DNA from: a candidate division WWE3 bacterium
GTDB taxonomy: Bacteria > Patescibacteriota > WWE3 > 2-01-FULL-39-13
DNA length: 44,459 nucleotides
Direction: 5' to 3'
Assembly (NCBI GenBank): GCA_943354835.1
Contig: CALRDH010000001.1
Coordinates: forward strand, 1 to 44,459
In this document: positions 1 to 8,004 of the stretch, piece after piece
Layout: every line of letters starts with the position of its first letter
How positions within the stretch are numbered: position 1 is the stretch's first letter
Made by a program: the position numbers and the translations under genes
Notes under the pieces: model-generated
The model's database searches: none
Told to the model about the DNA's origin: nothing
Seen by the model: only the letters and a program-made list of their open reading frames with translations

Positions 1-121
1 TTAAAGAAATAAATAAAAATAAAATAACATCACGAATAAGCCAAAATATCCAAAGGAAAAAGACACTCAATAAAAAAAGTAGAATTGTTTTAAAAGATAT
101 AACAAAGTTTTTGTCTTCCAT
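1..121 (-). CDS. Membrane protein, probably AI-2E/PerM family transporter (5' part only; runs off the window)
   Basis: Manual translation from ATG at 121: MEDKNFVISFKTILLFLLSVFFLWIFWLIRDVILFLFISL, hydrophobic, resembling AI-2E N-termini; TAGAAT at 130-135 upstream. Confidence 0.55.
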   Translation of the reverse strand, partial: MEDKNFVISFKTILLFLLSVFFLWIFWLIRDVILFLFISL

Positions 122-132
122 CTTGGCTAATT

Positions 133-1008
133 CTACATTACACTTTCTATGTAATCAAATGCACTTTCACTGCTTGAAAATCTACGAACATTATTCGAGG
201 AATATTTCTTAAACCAAGTCTGTTGGCGTCTGATATATGCATGCAAATCATTTTTTATAAATTGGATTGCGAAATCTTGTACCTTATTATAAATAATACC
301 TTGCATTGGAAAAGAATTCTCATAACCTAAATCAATAAGCTTCCTGGTTTCAATTACAAGTGAATCCCAAATCTCATCAACCCATAAATCAACTCGATTA
401 AATAATTCTTCGCGTGGAAGATCGAGAATTATGATTTGGGGATTTTTATCTTGGGATTCTGATGAGCTGACATTATTCATGTCGGAGTTTTTTTGGACAT
501 ATTCTTGAATTTCAATTTTCCGAATTAATCTTCGTGGATTATTTATATCACTTTGATTCATGGAATCTAAAATTTCTTTCGGAAGCATTAAGCGAAGATC
601 AGAAGGAGATTTATTTTCAAGTTCCATTCGAAGCTTCATATTAGGCTGCACCGGGCTCGGCCTTTTTAATCCCAAAAGATTATCAATATAAAGCCCGGTG
701 CCGCCGACAACAATCTTGTCTTCACCAATTAAATCTTTTGTGTCATTTAAATAATCAGAAACCGTATACAAAGAATTCGCATCACAAACATCATACATAT
801 GAATTTTGACACCATCGATTTTCCAAAACCCGGAGTTTTTCTCAACGGAGACTCCACTAGACTTAACTGGTAGCTTCCCTGTTCCGACATCAAAATGTTT
901 ATAAATTTGACGTGAATCGCTAGATATAATTTCCTTATTAAATTTCTTGCACACTTTAAGTGCTAAAGAAGTTTTTCCAGAAGAAGTTGAACCTACGATG
1001 TATATCAT
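133..1008 (-). CDS. miaA: tRNA dimethylallyltransferase
   Basis: GSTSSGKT P-loop, SSDSRQIY, VGGTGLY, NPRRLIR, RRQQTWF; start moved to ATG 1008 (MIYIVG) because the ORF-track extension overlaps the divergent gene. Confidence 0.93.
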   Translation of the reverse strand: MIYIVGSTSSGKTSLALKVCKKFNKEIISSDSRQIYKHFDVGTGKLPVKSSGVSVEKNSGFWKIDGVKIHMYDVCDANSLYTVSDYLNDTKDLIGEDKIVVGGTGLYIDNLLGLKRPSPVQPNMKLRMELENKSPSDLRLMLPKEILDSMNQSDINNPRRLIRKIEIQEYVQKNSDMNNVSSSESQDKNPQIIILDLPREELFNRVDLWVDEIWDSLVIETRKLIDLGYENSFPMQGIIYNKVQDFAIQFIKNDLHAYIRRQQTWFKKYSSNNVRRFSSSESAFDYIESVM

Positions 1009-1036
1009 CAAGATATTATAGTATAATAATCGCCAA

Positions 1037-1348
1037 ATGAAGACCGAACTCACCGAAAAAGACATTACAGTTGAAATCATCCCAAATGTCATTGCCAAAT
1101 GCACAGTTCACGACTGCTATGCCCCGATACCAAGCGGAGACTTGTATGTAGAGAAATTTGGAGATTTTGGAACAAATATAACTGAACCAGAAAGCCCAAC
1201 TATACCAAACGTAATTGCGAGTTGCAGAGAGCATCATATGAGTTTAGGTGGTTGGCATAACAGATTTCAATTATCTACAAACGGCAAAATAATCGGAACA
1301 GTAAGTGTGAGTTCGGCCTGTAGCTCCGGCGAAGTAAGCTTAGATTAA
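1037..1348 (+). CDS. Hypothetical protein with two IPNVIAxCxxH repeats
   Basis: 103-aa ORF filling the miaA-miaB gap, TATAAT 9 nt before ATG, stop overlaps miaB stop (TTAA). Confidence 0.6.
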   Translation: MKTELTEKDITVEIIPNVIAKCTVHDCYAPIPSGDLYVEKFGDFGTNITEPESPTIPNVIASCREHHMSLGGWHNRFQLSTNGKIIGTVSVSSACSSGEVSLD

Positions 1349-2520
1349 GATAGAGTTTCTTTCCAAATCTCCGTTAGGTGTTTGTGTCTTCTCTTTTTTT
1401 CTTTTAAAGGCACATCATCTTTTAAGGTTTTTTCAGCGTTTGTTCCAATGCGCGGAGAATATATTGATATAAATGCAACGTTAAATTTCATCCATTTAAA
1501 AAGATTTACTGTGTCCATAAATTGATCTTCTGTTTCGCCAGGAAACCCAACTATAATATCTGTTCCAAATGTAATATCTGGAACTGCTTTTTTTATTTTA
1601 GTTACAAGTTCTTTGAATTCTTCAATTGTGTGCCTTCGATTCATAGCCTTAAGTATTTCGTTGTTTCCACTTTGAACCGCCATGTGTAAATATCTGTCAA
1701 TTTTAGGAAGGCTTAATGTATCAATTAGATCTTGAGTAAAATCAAATGGGTTTGATGATATAAAACTTATTTTTTCGATATCTTTTATTTTATGGACTTC
1801 TCGAAGTAAATTAGCAAATGGAATTTTATGTTCTGATCCTGCACGTAATTTAAATTTAGTTTTTGTATCAAGCCCCCAAGAATTTACGTTCTGTCCGATT
1901 AATAAAACTTTTTTATAACCACGGGAAACCAAATGATTAATTTCGTGCAAAATTTCGTCTTCAGTTCTACTAACTTCTTTTCCTCTTGCATATGGAACAA
2001 CACAAAATGTACAAAAATTATCACAACCGGTTGAAATATGAACATACGCAGTTAAATCATTGTTAGAAATATCTTTTGCAAGAACAACATCTCCTATGGC
2101 TTTTTTTGTCCAATCACTTATCAAGCCTTCTTTAACTAAAATTTCAGGGATTTTATATTCTTCATCTGGTGCAAGCATATAATTTGCCCAAGGCATTTTG
2201 TCTTCAAGTATTTTCATGTCGTATCTTTTTCTGTCTCCTTTAGCGCTTCCCACCATACATCCAGTTACAAAAACTACTTGATTACCTTTTTTTTCATAAA
2301 TTTGAACTTCATGTGCAATTGGGTTTCCAAGCTTTAATCCCCAACCATAAACTTTGTCTTCTGATTTTTGACGAACAGAACATGTATTAATAATAATTAC
2401 ATCAGCCTCTTTAAAATCAGATGTACTAGAAAAGTCCATTGCATCCAAAGTGCCAGACATTATTTGTCCATCTTTTATATTTGCTTGGCAACCGAATGTT
2501 TCAATATAATATTTTTTCAT
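1345..2520 (-). CDS. miaB: MiaB-type radical SAM tRNA methylthiotransferase (no C-terminal TRAM domain)
   Basis: TFGCQAN, NTCSVRQKSE, VTGC, CDNFCTFC, GQNVNSWG, TDIIVGFPGET; next to miaA. Confidence 0.88.
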   Translation of the reverse strand: MKKYYIETFGCQANIKDGQIMSGTLDAMDFSSTSDFKEADVIIINTCSVRQKSEDKVYGWGLKLGNPIAHEVQIYEKKGNQVVFVTGCMVGSAKGDRKRYDMKILEDKMPWANYMLAPDEEYKIPEILVKEGLISDWTKKAIGDVVLAKDISNNDLTAYVHISTGCDNFCTFCVVPYARGKEVSRTEDEILHEINHLVSRGYKKVLLIGQNVNSWGLDTKTKFKLRAGSEHKIPFANLLREVHKIKDIEKISFISSNPFDFTQDLIDTLSLPKIDRYLHMAVQSGNNEILKAMNRRHTIEEFKELVTKIKKAVPDITFGTDIIVGFPGETEDQFMDTVNLFKWMKFNVAFISIYSPRIGTNAEKTLKDDVPLKEKKRRHKHLTEIWKETLS

Positions 2521-2846
2521 TAACGGACTATGGATCCACTTGGTACAGTGTCAACTGGATTTAATTGAATTGGTCTTTCGTCACTTACAGCCATTAAAAT
2601 CATTCCCTGACTTTCATTTCCTAAAAATGATTTTGGTTCTAAATTTAGAAGTACAGGAACTTGTTTACCAACTAATTCTTCTGGAACATACCACTTAGCA
2701 ATTCCAGAAATGATCTGTCTGGTTTCCGTTCCGAAATCTATTATAATTTTTAAAAGTTTTTCGGAACCTTCTATATTTTCAACCGATTTAATTGTCCCAA
2801 TTTTTATATCTAATTTTTGAAAATCGGCGAATGATATTGAATCCAT
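2520..2846 (-). CDS. tRNA-binding OB-fold protein (Trbp111/CsaA/MetRS C-terminal-like)
   Basis: ISFADFQKLDIKIG, RQIISGI, NLEPK...ESQGMIL motifs. Confidence 0.88.
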   Translation of the reverse strand: MDSISFADFQKLDIKIGTIKSVENIEGSEKLLKIIIDFGTETRQIISGIAKWYVPEELVGKQVPVLLNLEPKSFLGNESQGMILMAVSDERPIQLNPVDTVPSGSIVR

Positions 2847-2851
2847 AGTAG

Positions 2852-3805
2852 CTAAATTATAGAGGATGTTTTGATCTCATCAAGAACAGAGATTAAATCC
2901 TCTTTCGAATTTATTGTGTGAAGTTTTTGTTTAAATTCTTTAATTTTAGGAATGCCCTTAAAGTACCAGGTTAAGTGTTTTCTAAATGTAAAAACCCCAC
3001 GTTCGCCATATTGTGACATATGCAAATCAAAATGTTCAAGAACAATTTGATTTCTTTCAGAAATACTTGGATTTATTGGAGTTTTGCCATTAATGACATC
3101 TAATATTTGTTTGAAGATCCAAGGATTTCCGAGTGCCCCCCTTGCAATCAAAACGCCGTCACATTTCGTAACATCCAAAGCGCGAAAAGCATCTTCATAT
3201 GTAAAAATATCGCCATTTGCGAGAACTGGAATTTTTACGGATTTTTTTACTTCTGCAATTAATTTCCAATCAGCATTTCCAGAATATCCTTGTTCTTTAG
3301 TTCTTCCATGAACAGAGATAAGCGTTGCCCCAGCATCTTCTATTTGTGGAGCGAACTTTGTAGCTTCTAATGGATCGCTCCACCCTAATCTCATCTTCAC
3401 CGAAACCGGAACTTTTACTGCATCGACCATTTCACGAACTATTTCAGTTGCGGTTTTTGGATCTTTCATTAAAGCACATCCGTTAAAGTTAGACGTTATT
3501 TTATAAACAGGACACCCCATATTTATATCAAAGCCATCAGGATTATCAGATTTTTCAATTATCTTTGCGGCTTCTGCCATGGTTTTGGGATTTGATCCAA
3601 ATATTTGTTGAATTAAAGGTCTTTCAGCTTCATGTATTGCTGTCATTCCCATTGTTTTATCATTTCCACGAACAACAGCTTCAGAAGAAACCATTTCACG
3701 AAAAACAATTGGAAAATCTTTTATACCAGTAACCTTTTTTACAATTTGGCAAAAAGCAGAATCTGTCATGTCTGCCATTGGAGCGAGTGCGATAATAGGT
3801 TTCAC
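2852..3805 (-). CDS. dusB: tRNA-dihydrouridine synthase B-like
   Basis: LAPMAD, QIFG, DINMGCP, VKMRLGW, VHGRT, NGDI, ARGALGNPW; GTG start. Confidence 0.9.
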   Translation of the reverse strand: MKPIIALAPMADMTDSAFCQIVKKVTGIKDFPIVFREMVSSEAVVRGNDKTMGMTAIHEAERPLIQQIFGSNPKTMAEAAKIIEKSDNPDGFDINMGCPVYKITSNFNGCALMKDPKTATEIVREMVDAVKVPVSVKMRLGWSDPLEATKFAPQIEDAGATLISVHGRTKEQGYSGNADWKLIAEVKKSVKIPVLANGDIFTYEDAFRALDVTKCDGVLIARGALGNPWIFKQILDVINGKTPINPSISERNQIVLEHFDLHMSQYGERGVFTFRKHLTWYFKGIPKIKEFKQKLHTINSKEDLISVLDEIKTSSII

Positions 3806-3815
3806 AATGGGGTTA

Positions 3816-4211
3816 TTATATCAAGATTAATCCAAGCTTTTTGTAATCTTCCAACTTCGAATCTTGTGACATAAACGTAAAATCATTATAAATAGCTTGA
3901 CATATAAGCATTCTGTCAAATGGATCTTTATTATGTAGCTTTGGGAGTTCATGGAAACTTATTGCCTCAACGGAACGTAAATCTAATAATTCAAATCCTG
4001 TATCCGTAATAGCCTTTAAAATATTTTTGATCGTCACATTCTCTAACTCTAATTTGCCTAAAGAATGTTTTAATGAAATCTCCCAAAGTGAAATAGCACT
4101 AACATAGATTTCGTTTTTGCCATCTTCTAATATCTTCTTTTGAGATACTGTTAGCTTTTGAGGGGAAATAAGCGCCCACAATAAAATATGAGTATCAATG
4201 AGTACTTTCAT
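3816..4211 (-). CDS. VapC/PIN-domain toxin
   Basis: LIDTHILLW, SAISLWEI, HNKDPFDRMLICQA, SQD. Confidence 0.9.
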   Translation of the reverse strand: MKVLIDTHILLWALISPQKLTVSQKKILEDGKNEIYVSAISLWEISLKHSLGKLELENVTIKNILKAITDTGFELLDLRSVEAISFHELPKLHNKDPFDRMLICQAIYNDFTFMSQDSKLEDYKKLGLILI

Positions 4212-4444
4212 GAATTTAAAAAATCGTCGGCAGTCATTTTAAAATTTTCAGAAAAAGTCACTTTACCTTTATTTGAAAGTAAACCTAATTTTCTATCTTT
4301 AATAGAGTATTCATCAAAAGACATTATTACAGCAACTTTTTCTTTGCTCTTTCCATACGAAACTGCATATTTCTTGCCAGATCTAATCTCTTTAACTACA
4401 GTAGAAAATCCGCTTTTTAAATCTCCAACAGTTAATGTTTTCAT
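4208..4444 (-). CDS. Phd/YefM-family antitoxin
   Basis: MKTLTVGDLKSGFS...KVAVIM Phd-like N-terminus; ATGA overlap with the PIN gene. Confidence 0.82.
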   Translation of the reverse strand: MKTLTVGDLKSGFSTVVKEIRSGKKYAVSYGKSKEKVAVIMSFDEYSIKDRKLGLLSNKGKVTFSENFKMTADDFLNS

Positions 4445-4450
4445 GTTAAA

Positions 4451-4480
4451 AGTTTATTTTAAAACTGCGGTACTTGTCAA
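4451..4480 (-). promoter_or_regulatory. Sigma70-type promoter of the TA module with a possible operator
   Basis: TTGACA (4475-4480), 18 nt, TAAACT (4451-4456), 6 nt before ATG; short inverted repeat AGTTT..AAACT overlaps the -10. Confidence 0.6.
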
Positions 4481-4484
4481 GTAG

Positions 4485-4790
4485 TCAGGCTTTTTTCTTA
4501 TCTAATTTATCAAGACCTAAACCTTTTACTCCAAAATATACAACGATTGCAATTACTAAAAAGTCTATTAATGCAGATATAAAACTACCAAACATGATTT
4601 CGACTGCTCCGACTTTAAGAGACATTGTGCTTAAGTCGCCCGCAGCGCCAAGAACGATTCCCAAGATAGGATTTATTAAATCTTTAACAAGCGAAGCAAC
4701 AAGTTTTGAAATTGCTCCACCCAAAATAAAACCAACTGCAAGACCTACAACTCCTTGTTCACGTATAAAATCAAAAAAACCTTTTAACAT
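4485..4790 (-). CDS. mscL: Large-conductance mechanosensitive channel (short form)
   Basis: GFFDFIREQGVVGLAVGFILGGAISKLVASLVKDLINP, GSFISALIDFLVIA. Confidence 0.88.
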   Translation of the reverse strand: MLKGFFDFIREQGVVGLAVGFILGGAISKLVASLVKDLINPILGIVLGAAGDLSTMSLKVGAVEIMFGSFISALIDFLVIAIVVYFGVKGLGLDKLDKKKA

Positions 4791-4835
4791 GTGTAATAAT
4801 TTACAACAAAAAGCCTTCTATTCCTAGAAGATAGA

Positions 4836-5069
4836 TTATTTTTGTGGACCCCAACGCCAACTGAGTTTTTCGCCTTTTATAAAACAAATAACCAATAAGG
4901 AAAATACAGTTATAAGAAGACCGATTATAGCAGCCCCTTGTGATGGAGCATATTCAGAAATCACAAGCAATAAAGAAACAAAAAGCAAGACAACTACCCA
5001 ACCTTGCCACGTCGCAGGAGTCCATCCCAAACCATACATCTTTGATTTAAACCAATATACTTTTGTCAT
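4836..5069 (-). CDS. Small two-helix membrane protein
   Basis: WFKSKMYGLGWTPATWQGW then two hydrophobic helices, ending KGEKLSWRWG. Confidence 0.75.
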   Translation of the reverse strand: MTKVYWFKSKMYGLGWTPATWQGWVVVLLFVSLLLVISEYAPSQGAAIIGLLITVFSLLVICFIKGEKLSWRWGPQK

Positions 5070-5104
5070 ATGAGACTATTCTAACAGAGTGCTAAAATTA
5101 CAAT

Positions 5105-5701
5105 ATGAATGCTGATCTTTTCTTGAGTAATATTGATGTACTAATTTCAATTTCCACAGTTATTTTTGGTTTTTATGTTTTTCTTCGCGACCCAATTCGA
5201 AGATGGGAGTTTGTTGGATATTTACCAAAGTTAATTGTTGTTCCAATTGATTTAAAAAATAAGGAAATATTATTTGTTAATCCAAATGGTTTTTGGGGAT
5301 TTGTTCAAGGCGGAATTACCGGAACTGATTTAAGATCCGATATTTTGGATGTTGTTCACAGAGATATCGGACTTGATAGTTATCATTACAAATTAATTTG
5401 GACAAAAATAATCGGAACTAAAAAAATTACAAGTAAACGTAGATTAAGAGAAACTCACCTTGGAGGAATTAGATTTTTCAAAAACCCAAAAGGCAAAGGC
5501 TATATCGCAATTTATATTTTGGTAAACAAAGAAGATGTCTTAAAAAATATAAAACTTGGATACGGAATTGAAAAATTTAAATTCATAAAAATAGATAACG
5601 CTTTAAAATTCTTAAAAGAAAATGCCACCGCAGACAAATCAGAAATCTTTGAAAAAACAATTAATAACGTCAAAGAAGCTATGAAATTTATTCCGTTGTA
5701 A
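5105..5701 (+). CDS. Membrane-anchored hypothetical protein with a degenerate Nudix-like segment
   Basis: N-terminal hydrophobic helix; WGFVQGGI...HRDIGL resembles a Nudix box without glutamates; TGcTAAAAT 6 nt before ATG. Confidence 0.6.
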   Translation: MNADLFLSNIDVLISISTVIFGFYVFLRDPIRRWEFVGYLPKLIVVPIDLKNKEILFVNPNGFWGFVQGGITGTDLRSDILDVVHRDIGLDSYHYKLIWTKIIGTKKITSKRRLRETHLGGIRFFKNPKGKGYIAIYILVNKEDVLKNIKLGYGIEKFKFIKIDNALKFLKENATADKSEIFEKTINNVKEAMKFIPL

Positions 5702-6086
5702 TTCCGTCGAATTCTGGACTGTCTTTTTCTGCTTCTTCTTTTGTGGCTCTTATAACTCCATCTTTGTGATGAGCTGGAGAATAGATCGTATACATTTTCA
5801 AATCTTCAGAATTTGAAGTATTTATAATGTTATGCCTTGCACCTTTTGGAATAACGATAGCAACGCCGTCTTTTATATCGTATTCATTTCCATCGATAAT
5901 ACATTTACCAACACCTTTTTCAAATCTGAAAAATTGATCGTTGTCAGAATGAACCTCCGTACCGATGTCTTCCATCGGACGCAGGCTCATCAAAACTAAT
6001 TGGCTATGACTTGATGTATACAAAACCTTCCTAAAGTTTGTATTCTTTATCGTTTCTTCTTCGATATTAATCTTAAATCCGTTCAT
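5688..6086 (-). CDS. Cupin domain protein
   Basis: IGTEVH..NDQFFRFEKG, IPKGARHNIIN, YTIYSPAHH; SD AGGTGA upstream. Confidence 0.88.
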   Translation of the reverse strand: MNGFKINIEEETIKNTNFRKVLYTSSHSQLVLMSLRPMEDIGTEVHSDNDQFFRFEKGVGKCIIDGNEYDIKDGVAIVIPKGARHNIINTSNSEDLKMYTIYSPAHHKDGVIRATKEEAEKDSPEFDGITTE

Positions 6087-6141
6087 AATAAATCACCTTC
6101 TTTAACTATATTGTATCTCGGGGTTTAAACTTGTCAAAAAC

Positions 6142-6228
6142 TGGCGGAGGGAGTGGGATTCGAACCCGCGCGTGCTTTCGCACACACGCTTTCCAAGCGT
6201 GCGCCTTAAACCACTCGGCCATCCCTCC
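6142..6228 (-). tRNA. tRNA-Ser(GGA)
   Basis: Acceptor GGAGGGA/TCCCTCC-G-CCA, anticodon loop TT-GGA-AA, long variable arm, GGTTCGAATCC. Confidence 0.95.
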
Positions 6229-6303
6229 GCGTTATTATTGGCATTTTGATGCAATGATTATTGTAACATGCAAGAAAGTTCGACACACGAAATTTTCAAT
6301 CGC

Positions 6304-6382
6304 ACACCAAAGGCCCACTCACCGAACACCGAAGGCCCACTCCGGTGGGACTTCAATGGGACATCAATGTGATCTCAATGGG
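6304..6382. repeat. Phased direct repeats (22-nt and 11-nt periods) in a divergent promoter region
   Basis: ACACC(A/G)AAGGCCCACTC at 6304 and 6326; TGGGACTTCAA/TGGGACATCAA/TGTGATCTCAA/TGGG from 6346. Confidence 0.6.
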
Positions 6383-6410
6383 CGACAAAAATCGGCTAGG
6401 CGAGAAATTC

Positions 6411-6439
6411 TTTACAAACACCCAAATAAATACCATAAT
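6411..6439 (+). promoter_or_regulatory. Promoter of the deaminase-methyltransferase pair
   Basis: TTTACA-N17-CATAAT, 6 nt before ATG 6446. Confidence 0.5.
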
Positions 6440-6445
6440 GAATAA

Positions 6446-6901
6446 ATGAACGACAAAGACTTCCTAAAAAAAGCTGTTATGAAGGCGAAAGAATCTCTAA
6501 AAACAGGTGGCTTTCCTGCTGGAGCAATTTTAGTTAAAGACAACAAAATTATTGCGGAAGGAATAGCAATTGGTTATCAATTAAATGATCCGACTTCTCA
6601 TCCAGAAACACAATCAATTCGTGATGCATGCAAAGATCTAAAAACTACAGATTTAACTGGTGCAACTTTATACGCTTCCCTTCAACCATGTTTAATGTGT
6701 TTTAGCGTTTCAAATTGGGCAAATATTTCAAAAATAGTTTATGGATGTAAAAAAACAAATGAAATGACAGAAAAGAATTATTACGAAGGGTTTAACAATA
6801 TTGAAGAAATTAATTCAAAAAATCTTAAACAAATTGAACTAGTTTATATTCCAGATTTCGAAGAAGAAATTTTGCAAATAATAAAAGAATGGCGCAATTA
6901 G
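6446..6901 (+). CDS. Zinc-dependent nucleoside/nucleobase deaminase (TadA/guanine deaminase-like)
   Basis: PAGAILV, DPTSHPE, LYASLQPCLMC. Confidence 0.88.
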   Translation: MNDKDFLKKAVMKAKESLKTGGFPAGAILVKDNKIIAEGIAIGYQLNDPTSHPETQSIRDACKDLKTTDLTGATLYASLQPCLMCFSVSNWANISKIVYGCKKTNEMTEKNYYEGFNNIEEINSKNLKQIELVYIPDFEEEILQIIKEWRN

Positions 6902-7584
6902 ACCTTTGGGAAAAAGAATATGAAGAAAGAAAAGATCTTCCATCTAGTCAGACAATGGTTCCTTCCCGTGCATTAAGAGAATTTTGGGAAAGTGAGGAGA
7001 TCAAGAATTTACATATGGATAGCGCACTAGATATTGGATCAGGTCTCGGAAGAAATTCTATTTACATGGCGGCGCAAAACGGATTCGCACATGTTGTTGG
7101 AGTTGAAATTGTAGACTCCGCAGTCGATAAAGCAAGAGAAACAATAGATGAACTAGGACTTCAAAATAAAATAACATTTGTTAATCAATCAGTCGGAGAT
7201 TCACTACCATTCGAAGATCAATCTTTTGATTTAATCGTCGACATGATGGTAATGCATCTTTTAGACCCCAATGAACGCGCAAAATATTTTGCCGAAATTC
7301 AAAGATTATTAAAGCCAAACGGATTTTTTGTCTTTTATACAATAGCAGCAGACAGCGAAGCGGCAAAGGCGTTATTTGAATCAAGTCCAGGACCAGAAGA
7401 AAATTCTTATATAATCCCACAATCAAGAATGATCGAGAAAGCATTTACTGACGACGAATTAATTAAAGCTTTTCCTGAATTAAATGTTATTAGGCTAAAC
7501 CACAAAACACAATTAACACCAGCCTTCGGTGATGTTTACAAAAGAGAATACATATCAGGAGTCATGAAGAAACCTTTGGCATAG
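6889..7584 (+). CDS. Class I SAM-dependent methyltransferase
   Basis: ALDIGSGLGRN, GVEI, LPFEDQSFDLI, RLLKPNG. Confidence 0.9.
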   Translation: MAQLDLWEKEYEERKDLPSSQTMVPSRALREFWESEEIKNLHMDSALDIGSGLGRNSIYMAAQNGFAHVVGVEIVDSAVDKARETIDELGLQNKITFVNQSVGDSLPFEDQSFDLIVDMMVMHLLDPNERAKYFAEIQRLLKPNGFFVFYTIAADSEAAKALFESSPGPEENSYIIPQSRMIEKAFTDDELIKAFPELNVIRLNHKTQLTPAFGDVYKREYISGVMKKPLA

Positions 7585-8004
7585 AATTTTTATCTCTCTT
7601 ACAGCAGTTTCGATATCAAAGTTTTTTGGTATGTGTATAAATGCATAGTTTTGATTTTTCGATGCGATTAAGTAGGACAACAAATTGCAGTAGGAGTTCC
7701 CTATACCGCAGGCATTTTTAGACTCAACGCCTGGATTGATTTGTGTCGAAATTAAATATTCAGATTTTCGATTTTCATCTATCAATTTATTTCTAAATTT
7801 ATTTTTGCAGATCGTTTCGATTCTTAACTTATCATTATCTTTTCCGCTATATTGGCCTAGACCCAAGACAAACACATTATTACTTATCTGGAAATTTCGA
7901 ATTTCACTTTCAGTTGAAGGCAAATAATATTTATTCTTTATCGGGAGTAATTTTGCAATTCTTTCGGAGATATTATTTTTAAAAGCTATAACGCAGATTT
8001 CCAT
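7555..8004 (-). CDS. Pyroglutamyl-peptidase I (C15)-like protein, compact
   Basis: LGLGQ...LRIE (Glu), GNSYCN (Cys), FIHIP (His) match the C15 catalytic triad contexts. Confidence 0.65.
   Translation of the reverse strand: MEICVIAFKNNISERIAKLLPIKNKYYLPSTESEIRNFQISNNVFVLGLGQYSGKDNDKLRIETICKNKFRNKLIDENRKSEYLISTQINPGVESKNACGIGNSYCNLLSYLIASKNQNYAFIHIPKNFDIETAVREIKILCQRFLHDS

Noticed and set aside
6304-6382. Mini-CRISPR array
   Set aside because: Units are 11-22 nt with no unique spacers of about 30 nt, and there are no cas genes in the window
6131-6445. 104-aa + strand ORF
   Set aside because: It is the antisense reading of tRNA-Ser plus the repeat and promoter region; no protein features
6142-7584. 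tRNA-Ser as the integration site of an island
   Set aside because: No integrase and no duplicated tRNA 3' end found; the + strand genes lie on the tRNA's 5' side
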